A stretch of DNA of 64,000 nucleotides from Octopus vulgaris (GCA_951406725.2 OX597820.1:17856001-17920000), one strand, 5' to 3'; shown: positions 12,320-25,600, counted from the first letter of the stretch. Numbers and translations: made by a program. The notes: generated by a model from the sequence alone, not told the origin.

Positions 12320-12812
12320 ATAGGTAAAGGTAAGATGAAGATAACGACACCCTTCGGTCATGAACGACCGTGGGATTGCATCTAAAAAGTTTCCCTCCGA
12401 GGCACAAGTCCGGGCAAGGTTGTTTATGGAAGACCAGCAGTCGCCCATGCATACCAGCCTCTCCTCTCCACGCCATTATTTTTACATAAGGTAATGGGTA
12501 AAGACCCCCTTCGGTCATGGCTGACCATGGGATTGCACCTAGAATGTTACCCTCCAAAGCACAAGTCCGGGCAAGGTTATTTATGGAAGACCAGCAGTTA
12601 CCCATGCATACCAGCCTCTCCTCTCCACACCAACGATGTTACCCAAAGGAACAGCAAAGTCCGATACAGCTTGGCACCAATGACGTCGCAACTTATTTCT
12701 ACAGCTGAGTGAACTGAACCAACTTGAAAATAAAGTGTCTTGCTCAAGAACACAACACACAGCCCAGTCCGGGAATCGAACTCACTACCTCACGATTGTG
12801 AGTCCGACACTT
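12320..12812 (-). mobile_element. SINE family D (tRNA head plus CORE-like gttcttgagcaagacacttt) followed by a second copy of its 3' tail
   Basis: B-box gagttcgattccc on the minus strand near 12770-12785; tail duplicated at ~12345-12475 and ~12500-12630. Confidence 0.7.
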
Positions 12813-13040
12813 TGGCTTTCATCACGAACTCATAACAGTATTCCAATCATTACATCAACCATATCAATTTGTAACGTTTATATACTACAGATATGTATTA
12901 ACCAGTTCGAAGTGAAAAAGCAATATTAAGCAAAACGGAACTACATACACTGATCTATAGGAGAAGAGACTTGTTCAAGGACTGAACCCGGAACCATATG
13001 GTTTGGAAGCAAGCTTCTTACCACATACCCACTCTAGCCC

Positions 13041-13169
<129 letters not shown>

Positions 13170-13659
13170 CGTGTGTGTGTGTGTACATAAACCGTTAGAT
13201 TTACTTCAACATTTAAATTTTAATTTGCCAAAATAATTTCGTCGCTATGAAACCGCGACCTGTTCACTGACAAAATTCCGTACTACATCTGTTCATCTGT
13301 TTATATATATATAATTTTTTCACCTAACCACAGCCGAATCGCCATCGTGTCTGGATGCTATTTAGTGCACGAGTTTAGTTTTTGTCGCAACGTCATTACA
13401 AAATGGCAGCCAATAATGAATTTCTGTTTTGTTTCGTGAAACGGATGTCAAAGTTGTGGGGTCACCAAGCATAAGGTGCCGAACTCTGAATTGGGTGTGG
13501 GAACACGTCCACGTGTTATTTCATTTGGCTTAATCGGAAGCAAAACAAAACTACAGCAAATTGATCCAGTTAAAAGAAAAAAAAGAATGTCTTCAAGTTG
13601 ATGACAGCCGAATGTCAAACTATGAAACGAAATAGTAATGGCTGTGTTGAAACTGGCGT

Positions 13660-14650
13660 TGAACGTCCGTGTGTGTGTGTGTGTGTGTCCGTGTGTGTGT
13701 GTGTGTGTGTATGTGTGTATGCAGGTGTATGTGTGTGTGTGTGTTTCTGTTATGCGTGTGCTTATTTCAGTGTCGCTGTTGATGTATCTGTGTGTGTTTG
13801 TTTGTGTGTGTGTGTTTGTTTGTGTGTGTGTGTGTGTGTGTGTGTGCTTGTGTAATTACCTATATGCATGTGTGTATGCACGTGTGTGTGTGTTTCTGTT
13901 ATGCGTGTGTTTAGTTCTGTGTCTCTGTTGGTGTATCTATGTGTGTGTGCTTGTGTGTGTGTATGTCTGTATGCTTGTGTTATTGTCAATATGTATGTGT
14001 GTATGCACGTGTATGTATGTGTGTTTCTGTTATGCGTGTGCATATTTCTGTGTCGCTGTTGATGTATCTGTGTGCGTGTGTGTGTGTGTGTGTGATTGTG
14101 TGTTTGTGTGCGTGTGTGTGTAATTGTCTATATGTATGTGTGTATGCACGTGTGTGTGTGTGTGTGTGTTTCTGTTATGCGTGTGCTAATTTCCGTGTCG
14201 CTGTTGATGTGTGTGTGTGTGCGTGTGTGAAAGAAAGAGAGAGAGAAGGGGGAGTAATTTGGGGGTCTTCTGTTCATTTGTGTACAATTGATATTACTGT
14301 CCTGTATGTTTGTGCTTGCGAATGAATGAATGTCGTGTGTGTGTTGAGTATGCATGTGTGTGTGTGTGTGTCTGTGAATGTGTGTGTTTATGTGTATGTA
14401 TGTGAACGTGTGTGAATGTGTGTGTGTGTGTAAATGTGTGCGTCTGTGAATGTGTGTGTTTATGTGTATGTATGTGAACGTGTGTGAATGTATGTGTGTA
14501 TGTGTAGATGTGTGCATCTGTGAATGTGTGTGTTTATGTGTGTCTGTGAACGTGTGTGAATGTGTGTGTGTGTGTGTATGTCTGTGAACGTGTGTGTGTG
14601 TGTGTGTGTCGGTGTCGGTGTAATTATCACTGTATGCATGTATGTATACA
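13660..14650. repeat. TG-rich low-complexity tract with higher-order ~140-bp and ~73-bp units
   Basis: tttctgttatgcgtgtg at 13744/13893/14023/14169; tctgtgaatgtgtgtgtttatg at 14371/14443/14517. Confidence 0.85.
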
Positions 14651-15146
14651 TGTTTATTTTGTGAGTGTACTTCTGTCTTCGGGCACCTGCGAGAAAATTC
14701 ATGTCTTTTTGTATTGTGTCTATATTTGTTTATACGGGATTGTAGATTGGACTGAATGAGGAAAAAATAAAGCTTTGATGAAAATAATGACTTACTGAGA
14801 AAATAAACTATGCAAATTACGTTGTGATAGAAACTGACCGCCTCAAGAATTAAAGTTTCACTTCATTAATAGGGTCGCTAAGCTTAAAAGAAACAACAAA
14901 GCGGAGGTTACGGTAGAAAATATTTTGAAAGCATTACAGCAGCCTTTCGTAGTCCGAAGAAAAGAGTTCTGCAATGTTTTGCTGAACAGCCAGCACAAAT
15001 GATTAGTTTATAGGGATCAAATGTATGGGCATTTTTTCGAAACGAGTACCGTTTACATCACGTGTATTTGTTTACATTTGAAGAAGAACGTCACTTTCCG
15101 TATTTTTTTTTTTTTTTACATATGTGGGGTTAGGGTTAGGGTTAGG

Positions 15147-15534
15147 GGATCTTTTCGGTTTGAACGGCAGTTTTTAACATAATTTCTAGGTAACTGGTAG
15201 AATGTGTTTATAAAACATCTTTTTCTCTTGGCTTTATTGAGAAAATTCTATAGTTTGTAAGATATTTGTTGTTGCTTTTTCTTCAATTTCTGCAATTTCA
15301 ACCAATCAAGTACGTCTATTGAGGTAAAAAACATTCTGTGCCGTATGAATATGTCCCTCATTTAAGAAACAGATTAGGTTTATTTACATTTGTGAAGAAA
15401 AAAAGATACCCTTCCCCCCACCCCTAACCCTAAAACATATTGAAATGCAATAGATCGATACTAGGGTCATAATTATGGGTGACAATTTCATATGACACCG
15501 CTAGAAAAAGCTGCCATTCAAACCGAAAAGATCC
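15147..15534. mobile_element. MITE with ~29-bp TIRs inserted in a TTAGGG tract
   Basis: ggatcttttcggtttgaacggcagttttt / aaaaagctgccattcaaaccgaaaagatcc. Confidence 0.85.
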
Positions 15535-15757
15535 GGGTTATGGTTACGGTTACGGTTAGGGTTAGAGGGTGGGGAAGGCTTCTTTTTTCTTCAGAAATGT
15601 AAATAAACCCACGTGGGTTTATAAGTGACAGCTATGTAACTAGTACCGAATGATCGCCATTCTATGAGCTGTCAATCAATTCACTCTCCCCATCAAATCG
15701 ACGTTGTCTGAACAGGTGCGAGGCATTGGCTCGGGAACGAAATTTGCTTAACCCTTT

Positions 15758-16295
15758 GGGGCAAGACTTCCGCCCGTCCTCACCCAAAAAAACCACCCTT
15801 TAAAAAAAATTTTTTTTTTTCGACACAAACCCCTTTTCGGCTACGGGGAATACGAATCTGCAAAAAAATTGGCAAAAATCTACATTTCTAAATGATCACC
15901 CTCACCCCCATTTCCTTAATTTTAAACATTTTTCACAATTTTTTTTTTTCGAAATATGCGAAAAAAATACGGAGATTATGCTTCTGAAGAAAAAATTCAA
16001 AAAATCTTTGTAAAATTTTTTTAGGAATTTTTTTTTTTCTAAATATGCGGAAAAATACGGACATCAAAAATTTCGAAACATTTCTGTATTTACGGTTACG
16101 GTTTTAGGGTTAGGGTTAGGGTTTGGGGGTTATGGTTAGGGTTATGGTTAGGGATTTAGGGTTAGGGGTTTAGGGTTAGGGTTAAGGTTAGGGTTTTAGG
16201 GTTAGGAGTTTAGGGTTTTAGAGTTAGTGTTCGGGAAAAAAGTAAAAATTGAAGAAGTTGGGTGGAAAGGGGGGGGAAAGAAATCTATCTCGTGG
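15758..16295. mobile_element. Fold-back element (3512 family, opposite orientation) with a central telomere-like tract
   Basis: Left arm ggcaagacttcc..ttttcggctacggggaatacgaatctgcaaaaaaattgg is the reverse complement of ~3775-3895. Confidence 0.7.
16090..16228 (+). repeat. Degenerate interstitial (TTAGGG)n tract
   Basis: Many ttaggg/tttaggg/ttatgg/ttacgg units. Confidence 0.92.
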
Positions 16296-16735
16296 TTTTT
16301 TTGACCATCGTCGATATATGACTCAAGTGCTCCGTGACAATTAAATATATCAGCAATTTTACAGAATGCATAATTCAAGAGGTCAGCGGTTCAAATCAGT
16401 GTCGGTGATAAACTCTCAAATATCTCTAATGGCTCAATATGTCAAGCTTCAAATAAATATACAATCAATACGGAATAATTAATTGTTTGTGATGCATGCA
16501 TGTGCGTGTGTGTGTGTGGGGGGGGGGGTTGTGTTTGTCCTAGAACTGCTTGACAACCGGTGCTAATTTGTTTTTTTGTCCCCCGTAACTCAGCAGTTCG
16601 ACAAATGAGAACAAGAGAATAAATAACAGACTTTTCAAAAATAAGTTCTGGGATGAAATTTGTTCGACTAAACTCTTCGGGGCATTGCCCCAACATGGCC
16701 GCGGTCCGTTGACTGAAACAAGGAAATGTTGCATC

Positions 16736-16771
<36 letters not shown>

Positions 16772-16774
<3 letters not shown>

Positions 16775-17816
16775 TAATAAAAGAACATATGCATATATAT
16801 AAACATATATGTACGTACCTACCTCTACATGTACATATACACGCATATATGTGTACAGGACACCAAAAAGACGTCGAACACATAGAGAGACGAAAAACAA
16901 GACACAAACCAAGGAACAGGACAAGAAAAAAAGGGAGTACAGGACAACGAGCACAACGAAAAAACCCCTTCTTCAGTCGCTAAGATTTCATCTACTCTAC
17001 GTTTCGAAGGATAAAAGCGAGACGTATCTTCGAAGAAACTTCCTTCCTGCGAAAAGCAAATCAATTAAAATTCTGAGATCTTTTCGCAGAGGGGTAAAAA
17101 ATGGTAAAAAACGCAAGACGGTAACGACAGTACAAACAAATAAACAGTAAAAAAATATATATAAACAGTGGAAAAATAAATATATAACAGTAAGGGACAG
17201 GACAAGGAGAACAAGATAAGAAGGGCTGTTTACGCCAGACGAAAAAAGTATTGCAAACGCTGGATTATAGTGGACGACGAGAGAGCAGGAATGTCGATTA
17301 GTAGCCTTAGAAGGCGGGCGAGAAAAGACAGGATAGCAGTTACGACGGAAGTATCGTCGCAGATGGACGACGGGAATGGGGGAGGAGGAGCAAGAGGAAG
17401 GGAGAGAAGAAGGGGAATGGTGCGAGGAGACCATGAAGAATGGTGAGGGGGAGAGGGAGAATGAAGAATGAGAGAGAGAGGAAGAGACAAGTTAAGTGAG
17501 GGAAAAAAGACGAAAAAGGGAATGGAATAGAAAGAAAGAAAGATGCAGAGTCGCGTGAGAGTTAATATCAAGGCTAACTTGATAAACAGAACAATCTTAC
17601 TTAAGAGGGTGCGTGCGTTTAGTCGTATAATATGTTAATAAAAGAACATATGCATATATATAAACATATATGTACGTACCTACCTCTACATGTACATATA
17701 CACGCATATATGTGTACAGGACACCAAAAAGACGTCGAACACATAGAGAGACGAAAAACAAGACACAAACCAAGGAACAGGACAAGAAAAAAAGGGAGTA
17801 CAGGACAACGAGCACA
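16772..17816 (-). mobile_element. Non-coding partial-tandem element (Penelope-like pseudo-LTR type), period 861 bp
   Basis: 184-bp direct repeat at 16772-16955 and 17633-17816; abuts (TA)n; diverged copy at 33474-34060. Confidence 0.6.
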
Positions 17817-18175
17817 TTCTTTTATTTGTTTCAGTCATTTGACTGGGGCCATGCTGGAACACCGCTTCTAGCCGAACATATCTATTCCAGTTCTTATTCT
17901 TTGCAAGCCTAGTACTTATTCTATCAGTCTCTTTTGCCGAACCGCTAAGTTTCGGGGACGTAAACACACCAACATCGGTGGTCAAGTGATGGTGGAGGGG
18001 ACAAATACAAATACATACACATATATGCAACGGGCTTCTTTCAGTTTCCGTTTCCCAAACCCACTCACAGGGCTTTGGTCGGCTCGAGGCTATAGTAGAA
18101 GACAATTGCCAAAGGTGCCTCGCAGTGGGAATGAACCTGGAACCATGTGGTTGGGAAGCAAGCTTCTTACCACAC
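17817..18175 (-). mobile_element. SINE family B
   Basis: Full-length reverse-complement match. Confidence 0.85.
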
Positions 18176-18194
18176 TGCGCATATATATATATAT

Positions 18195-18468
18195 ACAACT
18201 TATAAATAAGGGCAAACGAAAAAATTTCTAATGCCAAATATGCCGAAAAATTGGACATATTGTTCATTACCATATAATTTTTCACAATACGCACGCTACT
18301 CGAAAAAAAAACCGACAGAAATTTCTAGAATTTTTTAGAAATTTCTTTCGGTTTTTTTTTCGAGTAGCGTGCGTATTGTGAAAAATTATATGGTAATGAA
18401 CAATATGTCCAATTTTTCGGCATATTTGGCATTAGAAATATTTTCGTTTGCCCTTATTTATAAGTTGT
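18195..18468. repeat. Near-perfect ~270-bp palindrome beside (TA)n
   Basis: acaacttataaataagggcaaacg..cgtttgcccttatttataagttgt, centre ~18331. Confidence 0.95.
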
Positions 18469-18551
18469 TTATAATTTTAACCTTTAAAGGTATTTTTTAA
18501 TATGCTGGCCATTGATAAAATTTTTTTCGAAAAAAATTTTATCCTACATTA

Positions 18552-18846
<295 letters not shown>

Positions 18847-18868
18847 AAATTATTATATAGCTTTATAT

Positions 18869-19040
18869 CAGTGGTTCTCAACCAAAATCCATGTGACCCC
18901 TTAGGAGTCTATATAAGATTTTTGTTAATACAATTCCTAATAGTACTTAATTATAAAAATAGGATTTTGAAAAACAACGAATGACTATGAGGACCCAGTA
19001 GAGCAAACTAGAAATCAAAGAAAAAAAAATACTGAGAATT
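18869..19040. mobile_element. Degenerate hAT/Charlie-like MITE (related copy at ~4348-5510)
   Basis: cagtggttctcaacc terminus; aattcctaatagtacttaattataaaaa and ..gaaatcaaag are shared with the copy split by the Tc2 MITE. Confidence 0.5.
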
Positions 19041-19538
19041 TACATTATATACTCCTTAATAACGGGTAAGTTTTTTCTGTGAGGGCTCTAAGCCTAAGGA
19101 AACACCCGTGCGCATTAAAAGAAAATTACGAATAATAACTTTCGAAATTATTCCAAACGTAATTGTATAGAAACCGGTTATTAATAACTATTACGCGCGG
19201 AACCCCCAAGAGTCCAACAGAGTACCAGTTAATTAATATTCGTTTTATTAAACTCAAGGCAACCATAACATCTATGATTAAGTATGTTCAGTCATGCTAT
19301 ATATTGTGTCAATTACAAAACATTTTCTCAATTTAAATTATATATATATATATTTTTTGTTATTATCCTTTTTCTACCTCGCTGTGTAAATAGATTGCAC
19401 TTTTAAACCACATGACTCTCCCTGTAGAAGAAAAAAATAGAGAACAACTAAAATTGTATTAATTTAAACAAAAATCAGCTAAGAGAAATAACTCAGAGGC
19501 ATGTATTTGGCAAAAAAAATAGACAAATATATCAAATA

Positions 19539-20101
19539 TTGGGTTGTCTGGAAAGTTCGTGCCGATTTTTAAAGGAAAGAAAAAAGGCCAATAAATACTT
19601 GCCATTACATTTTTGATCAACCAAATATGAACCATTTTGTTGCACAATGCGTCTCCATCTTTCCTTTAACTTGAAAATACCCTCTTCCCAGAATTGAGGT
19701 CGTTTCATGGCAAAGAATTCAAGATATCTTTTTACGTCAACCAAAGGATTGAAATTTTTACCATTAAGACTATTCTGCAGAGACCTGAATAAGTGGAAAT
19801 TCGAAGGAGCAATATCTGGTGAATATGGAGGGTGGGGTAACACATCCCAGCCGAGCTGCAGCAATTTTTGTCTGATTCCCAAAACACAAGTGCCGAAAAT
19901 GAACTTTCTTATCTTCCATTTTAAAGGGTTACTGAATTAACACAGGTTATAGGAACATAAATCTTCTTTCATGAAAAGATAGCTTAAACTGTACTCTAAA
20001 TGGAGGTGTAGTCAAATCCTATTTTATGGACTCAACCATGTTCTAAAATAAGTCGAAAGGTGAGCCACTATAAATCGGCACGAATTTTCCGGACAACCCA
20101 A
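19539..20101 (-). mobile_element. Internally deleted mariner (mini-mariner), copy 1
   Basis: TIR ttgggttgtc(c/t)ggaaa(g/a)ttcgtgccgattt, TA TSD, HPPYSPDIAP transposase motif. Confidence 0.95.
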
Positions 20102-20944
20102 TACTGTACAATATAATTCTTGATTATAAAAATTATCTTCGCCTCTAAAGGATGTCATAATTACTAAATGACATTTAAGACCAGCTCTATGTGAGAAGGA
20201 GAGATAATCTAATGAAGCAAGAATTTTCCTAAGTAGATTAAAGCAGAGGACACGCTTATTGTCTTGAGATAAGAAGACAGTCGTGGACACGTCTTTCTAC
20301 CTCAATAGCTGTCATCAGCAATGCTAACATATCTTCAATATCCAAGAGGCTTAGACTTGTACAAAACAGAACAGAACACATTTATGACTTGGGGAATTTT
20401 TGCATAATTTAAACGAAAGTCATCTACGATGTATAACTCAAAATGGCCACACTTATGTTTGCAAATTCGTCACACTGTCTCGTTCTTTTAATCTGCAAAG
20501 AGACTGCAACTTTCAGCTACTTATAACAAAAACTTATAACAAAATTTGTAGTTGCCAGCGACATCTATTGTTAGTTTACATATCACTATATTCATTGGCA
20601 ACGGATATTAATTAACTAAAGTACTTTGACAGCGTGTTTGGAATAAGTTATAATTAACTTAATATGTGTGCGTTAAATAATCAAACACGCGTAGATGTGG
20701 CTCTGGTAAGAACCTTGTGGTAAGAACATATATTGGAGGATCGTTTTCCAAAATGGAGGCGAACACATTTCTCCATGTTATCGGCCTAAAACATTAAGAT
20801 ACTTGGGTATTCTTCTATTCTTCTCAACATGAAACCAACGGTAGCCTTAATTCACAAATAAAAAAATTATTTATCCACCAATATGGTGTTGAGCACTCGT
20901 TCCAACGTTCTACATTTACGTATATATATATATATATATTTATA

Positions 20945-20979
<35 letters not shown>

Positions 20980-21100
20980 ATATGTGTATATATATATATT
21001 TAAATAATGAGGGAGATAAATTAATATTAATTTTAATATCAATTTAAAAGCAGTAGTCTAGCATACAAAAAATCTGAGAAATCAGAGAAAATTCTAATAT

Positions 21101-21329
<229 letters not shown>

Positions 21330-21337
21330 TATATTCA

Positions 21338-21645
21338 TGCGCAATGGCCCAGTGGTTAGGGCAGCGGACTCACGGACGTAGGATCGCGGTTTCGATTCCC
21401 AGACCGGGCGTTGTGAGTGTTTATTGAGCGAAAACACCTAAAGCTCCACGAGGCTCCGGCATGGGTGGTGGCGATCCCTGATGTACTCTTTCGCCACAAC
21501 TTCCTCTTACTCTTTCCTCTGTTAGCCTGCTCGCTTAGCCAGCGGGGTGGCGTCATCTGAAGGCTAAAACAATGCGAAGTGCATTGTGACCAGTGATGTG
21601 TAGCAGCATCTGATAGCCTGGTCGGTCGCAATGATCACGGTGATA
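21338..21645 (+). mobile_element. SINE family C, tail type 2
   Basis: Same tRNA head as 30588 but a different 3' half, which matches 57220-57430 (minus). Confidence 0.85.
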
Positions 21646-22459
21646 TACACGCACGCACACACACACATATATATATATATATGCATGCATTATATGTATG
21701 CATGTATGTATCTTCTATTTTTTAATTATTATAAATCTTCCACTGAGGAGAGAACTGGTTTCCAACAAATATACACGGCTCCATCTTTTGGAAGTAGTTA
21801 ACTCAGACAAATTCACATTTAGAACTTGAGAAAAGTCTCGAATATTTTTACTGTTCCACTCACAGATTGCACTTGTAATGTATAAATTAGCTGGTCGATA
21901 TCTCTTTCTGCAAATCCCAGTTTATCCAGATTTTCCTATGTATGTATGTATGTATGTATGTATGTATGTATGTATGTATGTATGTATGTATGTATGTATG
22001 TATGTATGTATGTATGTATGTATTATGTACTTGTGATTGGCGAGGACCTGGAAAAATACAACACGATGGCGGCGACAACGATGACGATGATGATGATTGT
22101 TAATTGTTAACGTTTGATGTCTCAATTTTAATCTCTTATTCACTTTTTTTCTTTTTCCTTTTCTTTCATACCAAGCACATAATTACACGCTTTAATGCCC
22201 TTTCTCTTTCACCCTCAAGACGTCTTCTCCTTTGCTGAAAACTGACACAGATATGTGTTTATAAAAATAATTGAATGCTTTCTTGTTTACATTGTGGAAA
22301 GCTCTCATACAAGACAAGCAGGTGTACGTGGGTAGCATTTAGCTTTGTGTACATGTATGTGTGCCACTTTTAAGGACGGTTACTCGGTTTCTAAGGAGTA
22401 TATGCGATCGGGATCGCAACAACCCTTCCTGAACGAGGCTCCATTCTGTTAGAGGGTTC

Positions 22460-23072
22460 AAAGGTTGCAATTTCCATGAGAGGGAACAAGTCAATTACAT
22501 AGACTCTAATACATGACTGGGACTTTCTTTTATCGAACCCGAAGGGATGAAAGCAAAGTTGACCTCGGTGGAATTTGAACTTAGTACGTGAAGAGTCGGA
22601 AGAAATGTTGCTAAGCATTTTGTCTAATGTGCTAACGATTCTTTTTCTACTCTAGGCACAAGGCCCGAAATTTTTGAGGAAGGAGCCAGTCGATTAGATC
22701 GACTCCTGTACGCAACAGGTACTTAACTTATCGACCCCAAAAGGATGAAAAGCAAAGTCGACCTCGGCGGAATTTGAACTCAGAACGTAGCCGCAGACGA
22801 AATACCTATTTCTTTACTACCCACAAGCGGCTAAACACAGAGGGCAAACAAGGGCAGACAAACGGATTAAGTCGATTATATCTACCCCAGTGCGTAACTG
22901 GTACTTATTTAATCGTCCCCGAAAGGATGAAAGGCAAAGTCGACCTCGGCGGAATTTGAACTCAGAACGTAGCGGCAGACGAAATACCGCTAAGCATCTC
23001 GCCCGGCTTGCTAACGTTTCTTATTTCTTTATTACCCACAAGGGGCTAAACATAGAGGGGATGAACAAGGAT
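22460..23072 (-). mobile_element. SINE family A cluster
   Basis: Three core copies plus an isolated tail at 23020-23072. Confidence 0.85.
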
Positions 23073-23700
23073 ATTGTGAGGGATTAAGGGAACTGATAAA
23101 CTATGTTGAACAACTGATGTCAGATGCGGAAAGAGTACGGTTATCGACTGAGTCTATCATTAAGACTGTGCCGCCTCCTTCCTCTAACAAGGAAAAGAAG
23201 GCGTCATTTTTTTCTGCGTAGTAGCCATATTGAAAGAAACGGTATGGATGACACGTGGAAGAGAAATTGAGGCAGGCAACTTCATATCCGGACGTGGATT
23301 GGTTGGTCTTTTTATCTACCACCTATCTAAAAAGATTAGCCTGGAGAAGAGGTGCTTGCCTCGAAGTACGTTTATGAAAAGATGGACGAATGTTGTAAGG
23401 ATATTGAGAGCGAATGGGGCCGTGCTGGTGTAGCCGGTCTAATCAGAAAGGGAAATTAATAAACAGGAAAAGGAAAAAAAGAAAAAAGGAAAAAACAAAT
23501 ACTGGTGGGTCGAACACGAATCCTAAAATATAATCACAGAAATTTTTATACGATTCTCGATTTCATTATACCGTTCGATTTCATTTTTCCGATTTCATAT
23601 TCCGATTTCCATTGAGTCATAACTCCCAAACCTAAATGTTTTGTATTGTCTTGTATTGTTTCCTCTCTGTATGTCATTCATTGACAAATAAAGAAATAAG
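23073..23700 (+). mobile_element. 3' fragment of a second Tx1-clade LINE family
   Basis: KETVWMTR..FISGRGLVGLFIYHLSKKISLEKRCL aligns with KECIWWMR..FLSGQFLINFFKYHLKRKVRVERQVL of the 386-2338 element; ends aataaagaaataag. Confidence 0.75.
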
Positions 23701-23931
23701 TTAGTGACAACTCGAGTTAGTGAGAAGCCGAGTTAGAGAGAGCGAGCATCAGTTCGTGAAAGGACCACTAGAATCATGGCCACAAGCAGGCAGCCACTGA
23801 GGACAAACGGCCAGAGGAAAAAAGAAAGTTACAATCAGTGGCTATGAGGGATAACTACCCTCGACTCTTTCACCATCACTAGCTCAGCTCACTTTCTTCT
23901 TCGACCTTTACTCCATCTCTATCTGTAAGTA

Positions 23932-24221
23932 TTGGGTTGTCCGAAAGGTTTGTGCCGATTTATAGTAGCTTAGCTTACGACTTATTTTAGAATATGGTTC
24001 AGTCCATAAAATAGGATTTGACTACACCTCCATTTAGAGCACAGTTTAAGCTATCTTTTCGTGGGAGAAGGTTTATGTTCCTATAACCTGTGTTAATTCT
24101 GTAACCCTTTAAAATGGAAGATAAGAAAGTTCATTTTCGGCACTTGATGCTTTGGGAACCAGACAAAAATTGCTGCAGCTCGGCTGGGATGTGTTACCCC
24201 ACCCTCCATATTCACCAAATA
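23932..24221 (+). mobile_element. Mini-mariner, copy 2 (3'-truncated)
   Basis: Left TIR after TA; same deletion junction; stops at HPPYSP. Confidence 0.9.
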
Positions 24222-24577
24222 TGCGTCACGATGTGTTACCGCTACTGTTTATAACTCGCTCTGAGATTTATCATTGTTTGATTTCACTTTTTCAATATCA
24301 GTGTCAATCGACACTGGAAAAAGTATATGTATTTGTGAGGGAAACTGAATTCTCGTCGACAACTATGATTGTCACACGCCGATGATAGGTAAATACCTTG
24401 AAACTCGAGTCCGTGTGTATCATAAGTTGAAGACGGGAAGGATGACTTCCCTTCACAAATACTGATAGGGCACAGAAAGTGTGTCTATAGCCAGCTGGAG
24501 GAGGTATCTTCCTGGGGCTACAAACTACAGTAGCATCCACCCTTAGGGGTTAGCCATATTCAAATGGCAAATATGCG

Positions 24578-24648
<71 letters not shown>

Positions 24649-24661
24649 GCACACACACACA

Positions 24662-24849
24662 CAGGGTGTTCAAAAATTCTCTCCGCGGTATTTTATTACA
24701 AAATAAATACTTATAAGATGGTATAATACTACAAAAGAATTTATTAGACTTTACAAGATTTAAAAAAAACATTATAAGAGGTGTTGAAAGCGTCGTCCTT
24801 CATTTGACTCTTCTAAAAATAACTCACTGCGAAGAGACTTTCTGAACAC

Positions 24850-24852
<3 letters not shown>
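24662..24852. mobile_element. Tc1/mariner-type MITE
   Basis: Imperfect TIRs cagggtgttcaaaaattctctccgc / gcgaagagactttctgaacaccct. Confidence 0.7.
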
Positions 24853-25440
<588 letters not shown>

Positions 25441-25600
25441 TTGGAATTTACAAAAAAAAGACGAAGACAGGTGTGTAAGCAACAAACAGATGTATTAGTT
25501 TAACGCTCGGGAAGGTGAGAAAGTCTTTTACGTTTCGAGGCTACGCTCTTCAACAGAAAGGAACTCGAGCAAATAAATAGAGAGAGATAAAAAAAAAAAC
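25441..25600 (-). mobile_element. Solo Penelope-like pseudo-LTR fragment
   Basis: Shares aaaagacgaag..cgtttcgag(g/c)ctacgctcttcaacagaaag with the 3' end of the 26300-28078 element. Confidence 0.7.

Noticed and set aside
16090-16228. True telomere or chromosome fusion site
   Set aside because: Short, degenerate, single orientation and inside a dispersed element.
20150-20370. Possible minus-strand exon (SLLDIEDMLALLMTAIE..)
   Set aside because: Short, weak acceptor, and no family recognised.
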